Notes under the pieces: model-generated | The model's database searches: none | Told to the model about the DNA's origin: nothing | Seen by the model: the letters and a program-made list of their open reading frames with translations, nothing else | From: Haliotis rufescens | Taxonomy: Eukaryota | Direction of reading: 5' to 3' | DNA: 63,670 nucleotides | NCBI RefSeq assembly: GCF_023055435.1 | Contig: NW_025963779.1 | Coordinates: 36,704,331 to 36,768,000 of the forward strand | Translations under genes and position numbers: made by a program | In this document: positions 13,601 through 24,803 of the stretch, piece by piece | Layout of the letters: each line of letters begins with the position of its first letter | Numbering within the stretch: position 1 is the stretch's first letter

Positions 13601-14355
13601 TGTGAATGTCAACGTTTTAGACTGTTTACATATCCATGTGAGCTACTAGGAATTCCATGGCTCGATCATAGCGCCACCACTGGCTTTTTACGAGTTACAT
13701 CCCTTTTATGTCCCCATTCCACCTCCCATCACTTGCATTTGCTTCAAACAAGATGACGGCACCCTGTCAAGACAATCTGATCAATTATCAACATCTTTAT
13801 TGTATTAAAACAGGTCTTACCTGGCTAAGTGCATTAAGTACTTGACCATGTTGATTAAAACATGTAAAGATTGAAAAATGTCTACGCTGATGGTACACAT
13901 GCTTTGCAAATCCTGCAATTACCCCAAATCTGCACAGCAGTTGCTATCTTTATGAACTGGATGTTGGATGCATACTTGTTAGGTCAGCCAAAATATGACT
14001 CACATTACAGCCTAGTAAAAACTATAAAGAACTATAACTGGGTTTTTATGGTCAGTTTACTCTTTTGCATCAGGAAGATTATTTTTGATTCTGCAATGGT
14101 GACTTGTATTTTGCTGATACCAGGAACAATATATATAGAGAGAAAAGGCTTTATATATTCTCACATTATTGAACATTATGCTAAAATCTACTATTGTGTG
14201 TAATCCACTGAGAAATCTCTATCGACTGAGGGCATCATGTGTCATGTATAGAATCTTTACACTGATTTTATCTTTGCTATTTCATCACTCATTGAACCCT
14301 TACTCTTCCAGAGCCACACATACTACTGTTCCGACGGAAACTCACCGCTGCATGA
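10690..14355 (+). CDS. CKS1: Cyclin-dependent kinase regulatory subunit CKS1 (76 aa, 3 exons)
   Basis: Exons 10690-10748, 11999-12126 and 14312-14355, all GT-AG, give [76 protein letters not shown], a canonical CKS sequence including the HEPEPH hinge. AATAAA at about 14826. Confidence 0.97.
12320..12910. mobile_element. MITE with long imperfect TIRs, in CKS1 intron 2
   Basis: GCTAAACAAAGATCTGAGGACATCCCATTA near the left end is inverted near the right end. A solo terminus of the family is at about 39425-39554. Superfamily not determined. Confidence 0.75.
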
Positions 14356-14932
14356 TCACACTTCATCTCCACGTTGAGCACCTACATTTGTACATACTCA
14401 ATTCACCGTCATGCGATCGATCTACCCTCAATCAGATGCCGTCCCCCTTCATCCAGCATCTGTGGATCCTCCGCCACAGGCAGAATTGTTGCATTTGCTC
14501 GAGCAGCAGGGCAGTGCTATATCCCAAGTCCCGAACATTACGTTATACATATAACCTCCACTGTGAAGTGAGCATTGACATTAAGATGCGGTTCAGTTTC
14601 AAGTGTTACCCTATAATGTGTGGACTACAGCAGGTTACAAGGTATCAGTCTCCCCAGTCTTTCATGGCATACATGTTGCAGTGAACATTGTGTTCAGAGT
14701 CATACTAGAGTGTATTATGTGTCATTCCTTCTGAGATCTTTGTTTATTGTGTAGATACCTGTCATGTCTTTTCCTAACTCTTGCGCTCATTCTTACACTT
14801 ACTCTATTTTTCTATAAGAACTCAGAATAAATGACTTGTCTTGACTTGGATTTCTTTTATTATTTACTTAGATGGGTGAATGGTTCTGACCTGAAGGAAT
14901 TGTGATAACGAGACAGAACAGCTGCGTATTTG

Positions 14933-14935
<3 letters not shown>

Positions 14936-14987
<52 letters not shown>

Positions 14988-15010
14988 TCACACTCACACT
15001 CACACACACT
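14936..15010. repeat. (CT)n-(CA)n microsatellite
   Basis: Read directly; (GA)n tracts also occur at about 42759-42810 and 43005-43042. Confidence 0.95.
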
Positions 15011-16132
15011 CAAAACCCAAATGCTTTCAATTAACTTGTGTACAATTTAAACCGTTATATACATCTTAAACATTATTTATTTTTAAATCTCAAAATGTTG
15101 GCTCGTTTGGGGGAAAACCCAGTAGAGTGATATATAGATTATTTTGGTTACCCAATGAAAAATGTAATAACCCAATTAAAATAGAAAAAGGTATCTGGAG
15201 CACTGAGAGAACATTATTTGCTTCGCGTAACTTATCGTTAGTGTGTGCTGACAGTTTCTTGACCAGCAGAGAAAGCTAACATCATCTTCATAAAAAAGTA
15301 GGAAGGATTAAAAGCTAGTGTGTTCTTTCAAAGAGGATGTGCAAATAGGGAAATGTTCCATGTTTTGTTTGCTCTGGCATTTTATTTTTTGTTAAGTTAT
15401 GAAATGCATGTCCCAGGGCAAGTATACCATTCATTTAGACCAACTCAATTACATTTATCAATCACCTAAATATTACATGCCCATGTTATGAGCAAACAGC
15501 TCTAATCTGTTTCGTTGAAGAAAACAATACCAAATCACAAGTAGGTACATATACTGCAGTGCAGAGTAACATACTGTATAAAACTGCATTAGACATTTTG
15601 CTGTTCAAGAATGCATAAACAATTAGTCTTGATGTAAGTAAATATTAAGTTGTTCGTTTCATACAATTTCTTGCATCACCATGGCATAAGACTACATATG
15701 TTAACCTTCCGTGCAGCTTCGCGGGTTTGAATCCTTCTTGCAACACGATTTTCATGAACTTGTATCATCAAGGTAAATTATAAGGGGAAAAGTTCTGTCA
15801 TTGCCAAGTGGTGTTAATGCATGGTCAAAGACAAAGGAGCCATGGTTTAAAAGACAATCCTAACCTGTGTGATTTTGTGTTCAGATCCTAGATTCACTTT
15901 TATTATGTAATCAGTGGTTTGTAAAATTCGCTTTAGGGGTTTATGCTCAGCTGGTACATGAATCCTTAAGATGATTGTCCTGTTCCAGAATGAGTGTCAG
16001 ACATATTCTTCATATTGGTGCAGCCTATAAATAATCAAGTTTTGGACAAGGCAATCCTGTCACTGATAGCATGAGCAACGATCCTCAACATCTGAGCACC
16101 AAGATTACCAACAAGCCAAGTGATCTGGGATT

Positions 16133-16430
16133 GCCTCCATGGTCTAGTGGTAGGATGTCCGCCCGGAGAGCGGAAGGTCTGGGATTTGATTCTCGGCCGT
16201 GTCGTACCAAAAGACGTTTAATGGTGGTACTTGTTACCCTGTCTGGCGATCAGCATTAAGGGGCTTAAACAAGGACTGGACGGCTTGGAGTCAGTATACT
16301 GTGTCTGAGTGGGGTATTCATGTTAAACTGTGGCATGGTATCTCAGTAAGCTAGCACTATATATGGCATCAGTCCGTGCACACCACACGCACACACACAC
16401 ACACACGCACACACACACACACACACACAC
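16133..16430 (+). mobile_element. tRNA-derived SINE (same family as 1-413) followed by (CA)n
   Basis: Head GCCTCCATGGTCTAGTGGTAGGATGTCCGCC...GGAAGGTCTGGGATTTGATTCTCGG, then body CAGCATTAAGGGG...GGAGTCAGTATACTGTGTCTGAGTGGGG. A further head-only copy lies at about 51403-51500. Confidence 0.85.
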
Positions 16431-16869
16431 AAGCTATGATGGAGGCAGGACCAGTCACACCAAGAAGGAATAATAATGCTTTCATCATACTGTTATTTGA
16501 CAAATATACTGAAGATCAAAAGAAACCCAACATTTTAAAAATTGTATATGTATTATTAAAACATTCCATTTTGTCTGAATTGAATGGGAAATGACAGATG
16601 AACTAATGTCATGCAAGATGGTGTCCCTACCACACCTGCACACACAACCACAATAACCCATGACCATAAATTTTGTGTAACAGCATGTGCCTTTTCACTC
16701 TTTTATAAATTAAGGTGGATGTGGAACATTAGTTCAGTATTCACACTAGAGTGTGTGGTAGAAAGGATCGCAGTGCTGAGGTGATCATAACTCCCATTCC
16801 TTAACATACATACAACAGTCGCAGCACTGAACTGTACAATGGCACCCAGGTCTACAGTTGAAGACAACT

Positions 16870-17560
16870 ATGCCTAGACTGCTGCCTGCGCTTGCACAAA
16901 GTCTACAGCTAACTCTGTCCCTTGTTGATCGATGCATCAGGCTGGTCCTCTGAAGATTCCGGGTTAGAATTGGCCTTCAGCAAACTCACTGACTTGGTTG
17001 ATACATGTCATCATAAACCAAATGCGTACATCGATGCTCCTGGTGTCCTGGAATGTTGCTGGGTGTCATGTTCATTAACACAATGTTCTGGTCGACCCAG
17101 AGTATTACCACTCAACTCTAGTAAGGACCACACATTTGACTTAAGATGATTATTTTGGTCCTTAGGAAATGTTAAGTAGTACATAATATCTGCACAATAA
17201 CGCTGTATAAGGTTCACTCTGTCATCTCAGGAACAGAAATCAAGCAACAAGAACAGCAGCTCTAGTTCAGGGGCCAATGGGGCAGTATCGGCTGACAGTA
17301 TTCAATGATGTCTCCATCCTGCCTAACTCCACTGTCGACGATGTCGCCCTGTGGTACCAATTCTGACACAACACCATCAGCAACGTTTACAGTAAAGGCC
17401 CGGCAACATCTGTGTTGGCGACGTGCACAGTGGCTTCAAGTTCTTTTCAGACGAGTCTGGCCTCCCACTAATGAACGTCATCATGATTGCTGTCATTCTG
17501 ACTAACTGATGGGTGGTGGAAGTGTGAAGGTTTGGGGAACCTTCAGCTGCAACCATAGGT
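16870..17560 (+). pseudogene. Degenerate Tc1/mariner transposase relic
   Basis: Tc1 motifs occur in order across frameshifts: MPRL (16870), SGRPRV (about 17085), W-LQVLF-(S)DES (about 17430-17457) and GGGSVKVWG (about 17512-17538). Interrupted by a family-A fragment. Confidence 0.7.
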
Positions 17561-18581
17561 CCCCAGTCATTCTCACAGACACTTGTTAACTCGAAGAGGC
17601 GACATTGTACGGCCTGTGTGCCAGACCAACGGCCGCCATACTTGATACTGAGGATACTTGTCATTTCTACTAGGAAAGGTATCTCTCTTTAACGTTCTGT
17701 GTTCCTTTGTAAACTCCTGTATTGCCAGTGTAACAATCGCCTTCAGTTCACTGACAGTCCTCTCTAAAAATATGTGATTTGACATCATAGCGTTGGTCGT
17801 TTGTTCTCAAACTTGAAAAATAAGGCTAACTTGCGTTTCCTTTGCCTTCAGTATATTTCAAACTTTTTCAATTATATTCCCACATTTCCCAGTGCAACTT
17901 TTATTTCGGGTTCAAATATAAACAAACAATACGTTACGTTTTTCATCCATTTATTTCCTAGCCTCACCTTGCAAAAAATGCAATTTTAATGAAAGGATTA
18001 CATACCTCGTTTTCTTGGCAACATTGTTAATAACTTGTATTCATGCCAGTAACTTCCTGGTGATGACAATTTTAGGTACACAATGCCTGTATGTAACATG
18101 CAGGAAACAGACTTAGGAATGCCAAGTATCTATAACGGCCTGTCCCTTTGGGCGTATGGTGGTATGGAATTCACATACACACTATCGTAAGAAGAATAAA
18201 TATATATGGCGTATGGTAGTGTGATACACATACACACTATTACACACCATAGTAAGAAGTATATACACGTTTACCTCTACCACATATTTCCAATTTAATT
18301 ACCCATTTGAAAAAAAAACCTCTACAGGTCTTACTGAAAAATATAACCAACACACAGATATACATACGTTCTTAATAAATGTATCATGTATAAAAATCTT
18401 GGTTACAGACGTCTGCCAAGGTGTGAAAGAAATTAACATTATAATATCCAAAAACTATTAGCGCGAAATATATGCCAAAAGTTCATTTATAACAATATGA
18501 CAATTAATACAATCAAAATATACAAATATTTTGTTAAAATGTTTAAAATCCCTTCATAAACCAAAACAAGATAAGCAGGAG

Positions 18582-21500
18582 CTATTCTGAAATATCTACA
18601 AACAGGGGACAGATGAACTCGGAATGGCGGATTCCAAGGGAATGGACAGCAGCCTTTGGTCGGTTTATAACAACTCTCTCCGGGCAGTGAGCTCCAGGCC
18701 CTGGCTTCATCGTACTGTCCCCGGGCATGTAGCTGCGTCTCCTCAAGGAGTACAGGGGGGACCTGTCCTTATAGAGGTCGGGGACGGTGGCATTGTAGTT
18801 GCCAGGTCCGGGGGCCTTGGCCAAGTCGTCCGCGTAGCCGCCGATCATCGACCGTGCCGTCATGGAGTAGCCGGGAGATGATTGCTTGTCCGGCTGGAAT
18901 GCCCCCAGAACCTTTGGTAGGGTGTATTTGTTCGGGGCTGGGTTGCCATCACGTTTACGGTAGCGGGTCCGGGCACCGATGGAATGCTTAGGGGCATTTC
19001 TCTCCCCCTGTGGGTGAACCCGTTCCGGCATGTAAGCTCTTGGTGATGGAGTCTTGAACGTGCCTTTAATGTGAGAAAGCATTATTATTTAGTGATGTTT
19101 TATTTATGTTATCTTGCCATCAATACAATATAATTCAGTTTATATCCCACGTCGACATTATTGTTATTATTGTTGTTATACATACCAAGATATGTCTGCC
19201 TTGCAAGCAGGGAATAGGCAGGGGTGCCGTCTCTACCCGACCTTGTTATGCTCGGGTTGATGAAATACGCCGGACCAGGACTGCATTCCTTCTTTGTGGC
19301 TGTAGAAACAGCACGTAAAAAAAATTATGACAAACAGTGGGTTATTATAAAGTCACCCAGATACATAATATGATGTATAGTTCAGTTTAGAAAATTAAAC
19401 AACATAATGACCTTCACGTGCACAGGTTTTCGTTGTATGAAACACCTTATTGCACGCAATTTTCCCTTATTACACCTGCACACATGATCCGCTTAATGAA
19501 GCTCCTATAATGTTCTTTAAAATGTGAAGTATATACTCACTCACTCACTTTTGGTGAAATGTGAGCATAGAAATTATATGCATCCTTCAACACCGCTAGG
19601 ATCCACTGGTCTAAGACACGTGCACAGGTTTTCGTTGTATGAAACACCTTATTGCACGCAATTTTCCCTTATTACACATGCACACATGATCCGCTTAATG
19701 AAGCTCCTATAATGTTCTTTAAAATGTGAAGTATATACTCACTCACTCACTTTTGGTGAAATGTGAGCATAGAAATTATATGCATCCTTCAACACCGCTA
19801 GGATCCACTGGTCTAAGGACCAGGGAGTTCGCAAAAGGTATGGATTGAAATACGTATTATCAGCTACAGATCTTCACCTGAGAGTATAATTTCACTGCAG
19901 GGGTTCATATTGGTAAAATTTGGCTGACTACTGTTTAACAGTCGCTCAGAACCATATGTCCAAATTACATAAAATCCTCGGCATTAAGGGGATAAAAAGG
20001 ACTTGTCGACTCGAGTCTGGTATCTCAGTTGGCTAGCACTAGAAGTCCGGACTAGTACAAGCAGCCACACATTGACACGTGAATGCACGTCGCAAAACAA
20101 ATGAACTAATCTTGAACGCAACGTTAATCCCCATTTCACTTCACTTATTTTGTGGTAAGACCCGCACAAAATATGAATAGAGTGTTCAACGTGTTATTTG
20201 ATGGAATGCGTCATTGTACCCCTGACAGCGTCCATCGAAGCTCATGCTATCAACCAATATACACATACTCAGTTATAGAGGCGCCGAGTTGAACACAAAT
20301 ATATATATCAAGGAACAGCAATCACAGAGACAGTGACATCAAAGTTATGAAAGGTAGGACCTATTGATAAATGCCACACTCGCAGTGGGATAAGAATCAA
20401 CCCTCGTCTTCTGCTATGTTTCCGCTGCTCAAGCTATATATAAGACATAAAATGGCCCAACTCCCCAATAACATAATAGTAGTCGCCTGTTTATATCGAC
20501 ACTCTCAAAAGAAGATGAATGACTACCATCAGAATTAAGTGCAATTGGCCAAATGGATTAGTAACACCCAAAATAACTGCAATGATCTAATGATAATCTA
20601 ATCCTGCAATAATAACAAACTCTAGATTTCCTATCCGCAAAAGCACATCCCCTGTTCGAGTAAACAGCTGTTGTCTTCTGCATCGTCAGTAAATACGTGA
20701 CACAAAAGCACATATTTGATATTTAATGTCAGTTACAATTAAATGCAATCGTTTACGTATTTTGGCATGATCGGTAGCTCCGTGTAGAACATGTTAACAT
20801 GTAAATGTGTTTGATCCTGGACCGAGTAACATTAACTTAGTATTTAAACGGTAACTATGCCAACTAACAGAAGTCCCCGAGACGACGTCCAAACGAGTAG
20901 GCAGGTCTGGTATACTTTGTGAAGTCATGACCATTGAATCCACACGTAGAAGGCAAGGCATAGCGTCCAGGACCGGGACCTGTAGTAAATAGATATAGTA
21001 ATTAACACCTAAGTAACGATATGATATTCACGATTAATATATCCATATTTACGACGTGACTAAAATCATACATAACGAAACCTGAGTGAAATCGACAAGA
21101 CATAAAATATAATATGCAGGATACGTCTTCTTCATGTGATTTGATAAAGCTGAACTCGTATTTCCACTGGTTGCTTAGACCAACATTTATTCCCAGAAAT
21201 GAAATTATCTTATTTAATTTTTTTTTATAAACAAACTACCAAATAAAACCCACATGAGTTCAGAACAAAGCTAAATTTCAGCCTAGAGCTGAGTCAATCT
21301 GGGCTTGCCAAATCAATCTAGACTTTAGTTGGATTATTTTGTTAATTTATTCTCTAATGTCTGGTAGCCGTACATTTATATGTTGTTGTTTTCTACAAAT
21401 TAAGTGGTATGCCGGATGCCTGGAGGTAGCAAGTTGGCACCTCAGTAGAGGTGAGCAATTGATTAAGGGGCAGGCTGTTGCTCCCCGTAGAGACACGATA

Positions 21501-21624
21501 AACTGGACTTACTGATAATGACACCGAGTGCTAAAGTTCTAAGTATATAAAACAGGTATTAAATTCACTCACCCCTCTGTCTAGCAGCAATGGGGATATT
21601 CTTCTTGCTCTTAACAGAATCCAT
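18582..21624 (-). CDS. ODF3: Outer dense fiber protein 3-like / SHIPPO (PGP-repeat) ciliary protein, 252 aa, 4 exons
   Basis: Exons 21624-21573, 20979-20869, 19299-19186 and 19063-18582 join in frame (759 nt): [51 protein letters not shown]...[25 protein letters not shown]...PGPGNY...PGPGAH...[10 protein letters not shown]. It has repeated PGP-x-Y motifs. The exact paralog (ODF3/ODF3L) cannot be resolved. Confidence 0.92.
19415..19817. repeat. 202-bp tandem duplication in ODF3 intron 2
   Basis: Copies start at 19415 and 19617 and are nearly identical. Confidence 0.95.
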
Positions 21625-21785
21625 GTCTGATTAAATATCCCGCCACGAAAGACTTCTCAATGGGGGCGTGCCCTAACAACAATGACGCGTTGCTATTCAA
21701 GCACTTCCGGGTTGTCGTCACGTCCCAATCTCGCGCGGTGAACGTGAATACGGAGCCTTGGTCAAGTGACTTCCTGCTTTATGAG
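21625..21785. promoter_or_regulatory. Bidirectional promoter of ODF3(-) and SPG21(+)
   Basis: CpG-rich stretch of about 160 bp between the ODF3 ATG and a plus-strand donor (GAG|GTACAC at about 21786). It contains CACTTCCGG (ETS-like), TGACGCG/CGTCACG (CRE-like) and CCCTAACAAC/GTTGCTAT (RFX-half-site-like). Confidence 0.55.
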
Positions 21786-22799
21786 GTACACAAACTTTAA
21801 GAACATATTGTGAATTACTGTTTATTCTGTACAGTCATTTGAAGATGCACATCCCAAAAGAGACACGATTTCTTTTAAACGAACGTTATAATCAAGTGAC
21901 TTTTAGAAATATTCACGTTATGTCTGTCATCTTTCGGTGATGTTTTGGGTGGAAATGGTTGAGTGATTCTGCATCTTGCGTGTTGATAAATAAGTCAATC
22001 AGTTCAGTAGGCATATCTGTATGTGCAGCATTGACGCAATGATGTGGGATGGCTGAAATAGTTTAAGTTGTGTATGTCCAAGCGAAGAGAAGTGTTGTCA
22101 GAACATATAGTTTGCCTGTGAATGCACAACTTGTGTGTATTTTGTTTAGGCCTTCTAGCCTATATGTAGGTCGATATCAGTCTCTTATCTCAATCTTCAA
22201 GCAAATGCATTCAGATGGTATTTCATTTAGATAAATACAAATAATGATATTGAACAACAGAGATCTGACATTTCGATTATGAAATAACTTAGTGTGCATT
22301 AACGAGAAGAATATGCGTCTTTATGTAAAATAATTGCTGTAATTATGGAGAATGAGTAATGTCAGTATTGAGTAATGCATATTGCTACTACTAATAATAG
22401 ATATGTATTGCACCTAATATCCATCTGCTAGCTGCTTGTGCTTGAACATGTGATTGTAGTCTACATGAAGTAAATAGTCTCCATGTTGTTCTCATATTGA
22501 GAGCTATCTCCATAATGATCTTATAACCACAAAGACCTTTGGATACGTTCACAGGTTTATTCATCTATCATGATGGTAGTGCATGTGACATCATCAACTA
22601 AGTCATCGCTCATGCTAGCTGATACTATTTACTCTAAAACTACTCACAATAAAAAAACACTGCAATGATAAAATGTATTGAGTTTTGTGGGAATAGCAAT
22701 AAAATATGGAAATGCTTTAATGATATGTGTGTCATGATTGAGGACTGCTGTGATCGCTCTTTGTTTTTGTATTCCTGACTCACTACTGTGGTATGTTAG

Positions 22800-22920
22800 G
22801 TTTGAATAGAAAGGTTTTAAGCTGTCTTTTGAAGGCTGTCTCACAAACGCTTTGTCACATCTGGCATGGTAGGTCATGCCACAGTTTGGTGCTGCAGCTG
22901 CAAATGCTTTGACTCCCGTT
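22800..22920 (-). mobile_element. 3' fragment of an L2/CR1-type LINE ORF2
   Basis: Minus strand reads TGVKAFAAAAP/LWHDLPCQM*QSVCETAFKRQLKTFLFK with one frameshift and one stop, the typical G-xAF-xxAP-xLWN-LP...FK-xLKT-LF C-terminus. Confidence 0.7.
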
Positions 22921-23977
22921 CTACTAACCTATTTTATCATTGAAATGTCACATTCCTGTTTTGCTTTCCTAACCTTCCATTGCTGTTCCGAAATTAGGAA
23001 AATCCTGTAGCTTTTTGACAGAATACACATGATAAATCAATAGAATAAGGATATTGTTGTCAGTAGGTACAGTCCTATCCCAGATAATGTGTCTCCAAGT
23101 ACATGACTCTGTAATTGTAAATGGAGCCATAGGCAGTGTCTGAAATAATATTTACACCCTATGTCTGATTCAAGATCGTCCATGTATTTGATGACAGTTG
23201 GGCAGGCTGGAATAAATTTCACCTGTACTGACGAAAATGTTAGCAGCCACGGTATAGCCACGGTATAGCCACGGTATAGCCTGCAGCTATTTTGGACACT
23301 GGCCATTGACAACCTTCATCATATGTAAATTGTTTCTAGTACAACATTATTAAGAGATGACTAAATTTGAGTTATTAGTAGTTAACAATATTGGAAATTT
23401 CCTGATTATATTTTTTTTATTAAAGATTTGTGATTATCATACGACAGTCAAACCTCATATATCCGGATCTTGCGTTTCTTAATACATGTATGTTGTCTGG
23501 ATAAAAGAGGTTATCTGGTGGGCAATGTTTCAGGGTATATGGTCCAGATAAATAGGATTCCACTGTAGGTGCAGTATTTATTGAAATCTCATTTGACTAG
23601 GTTACACAGTTATTGAGTTCCACACAGAAGTAAGTTAGGTGGTATAAGGATGGTAAACATATTGACCAGGTGGTTCAAACAACATTTTCCTGCTGTCATG
23701 ACTGACATTAATAGTTTGGATGATAGTTCAAAACATGGTGGTTAATTGTTACAGCATTGTGCTGATTTCATGTAAAAAGGCCTATTATCAGTGATTATCT
23801 TGATCAAATTTAGCATATTACAGTATTTCAAAATACCTGATTATAGAAGCAAAGCAAATTTTAAGAATTTTTATTGGAAAATGACACAATGCAACATTGT
23901 CAAATTACAAATCCTCATCACCTTGACAACCAGAGCCTTTGTCCTTTGCCTTTAAAAGGACAAAGCTGTGTGTAGAC

Positions 23978-24431
23978 TAGGGCTGCAATGAATACACTAT
24001 GAGGCGAATACGATTCGTATCACAAATATAGGGTAACGAATACGAATATTAATTCTGGAATACAATAACAAGTCAGCAGCTGATGTATTATTTGTTATAT
24101 GAAGTGTAGTAATAACAACATACATTATTTGACATGGTTTGTTAATTATTAATATATTATACATTTATATGCTGCTCTTATCCAGGTGCTGGTATCTGCT
24201 CAAATGTGACAATGACCAGTGACCACAATACTGTCAAATTAAATATTATAAGATTGTTGTCTTTTGAAGAAATCTATGCATATGATATGTTCTTATGGAT
24301 ATTATAATGTAAAGGCTCATGCTTGCATACATTCATAAATATTCGATTCTAGTGGCCACAAATAACGAATTCAATGTATGAATGGATACGGTTCGATTCA
24401 CTGAATATGCGAGTGAATCGTAACAGCCCTA
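23978..24431. mobile_element. hAT-like MITE, inverted copy of 6327-6803
   Basis: Reverse complement of 6327-6803 over its whole length; perfect TSD gtgtagac. Confidence 0.9.
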
Positions 24432-24803
24432 GTGTAGACTAACATCCAGTCTCGGAAATAAACATATCTTACAGAAAAAAACAGTTGTTAAATTATCTTA
24501 ATAAAAATATAATAAAAAGGAGCCAAGATACTCTCTTCATTTTCAGATACTGCAGTAATCTAAACTTGCCAAACATTATATTGTATTGTATTGGATATAT
24601 TTGTTTCAGGGTCTGTATGACAGGCTAAACTGTGTGTTGATAGTATCAGCAGTAGGTCTTTGTTGATGTGGCCTGTTGAGCGATTGAGTAAAACCTGCCA
24701 TCTGTTTAGCAGGTACACGCTGTCAGAATGAGGGAGATTTAGGCTGTTCACTTCTGCTGTAACTGAATGTACTGTGGTTATCGGCAGCATTGGAATACGC
24801 ACA

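Noticed and set aside
14169-14684. 171-aa ORF overlapping the CKS1 last exon
   Set aside because: It starts in the intron and runs through the 3' UTR in a different frame, with no family similarity.
17573-17788. 71-aa minus-strand ORF next to the Tc1 relic
   Set aside because: No recognisable domain or splice context; cannot be assigned without a search.
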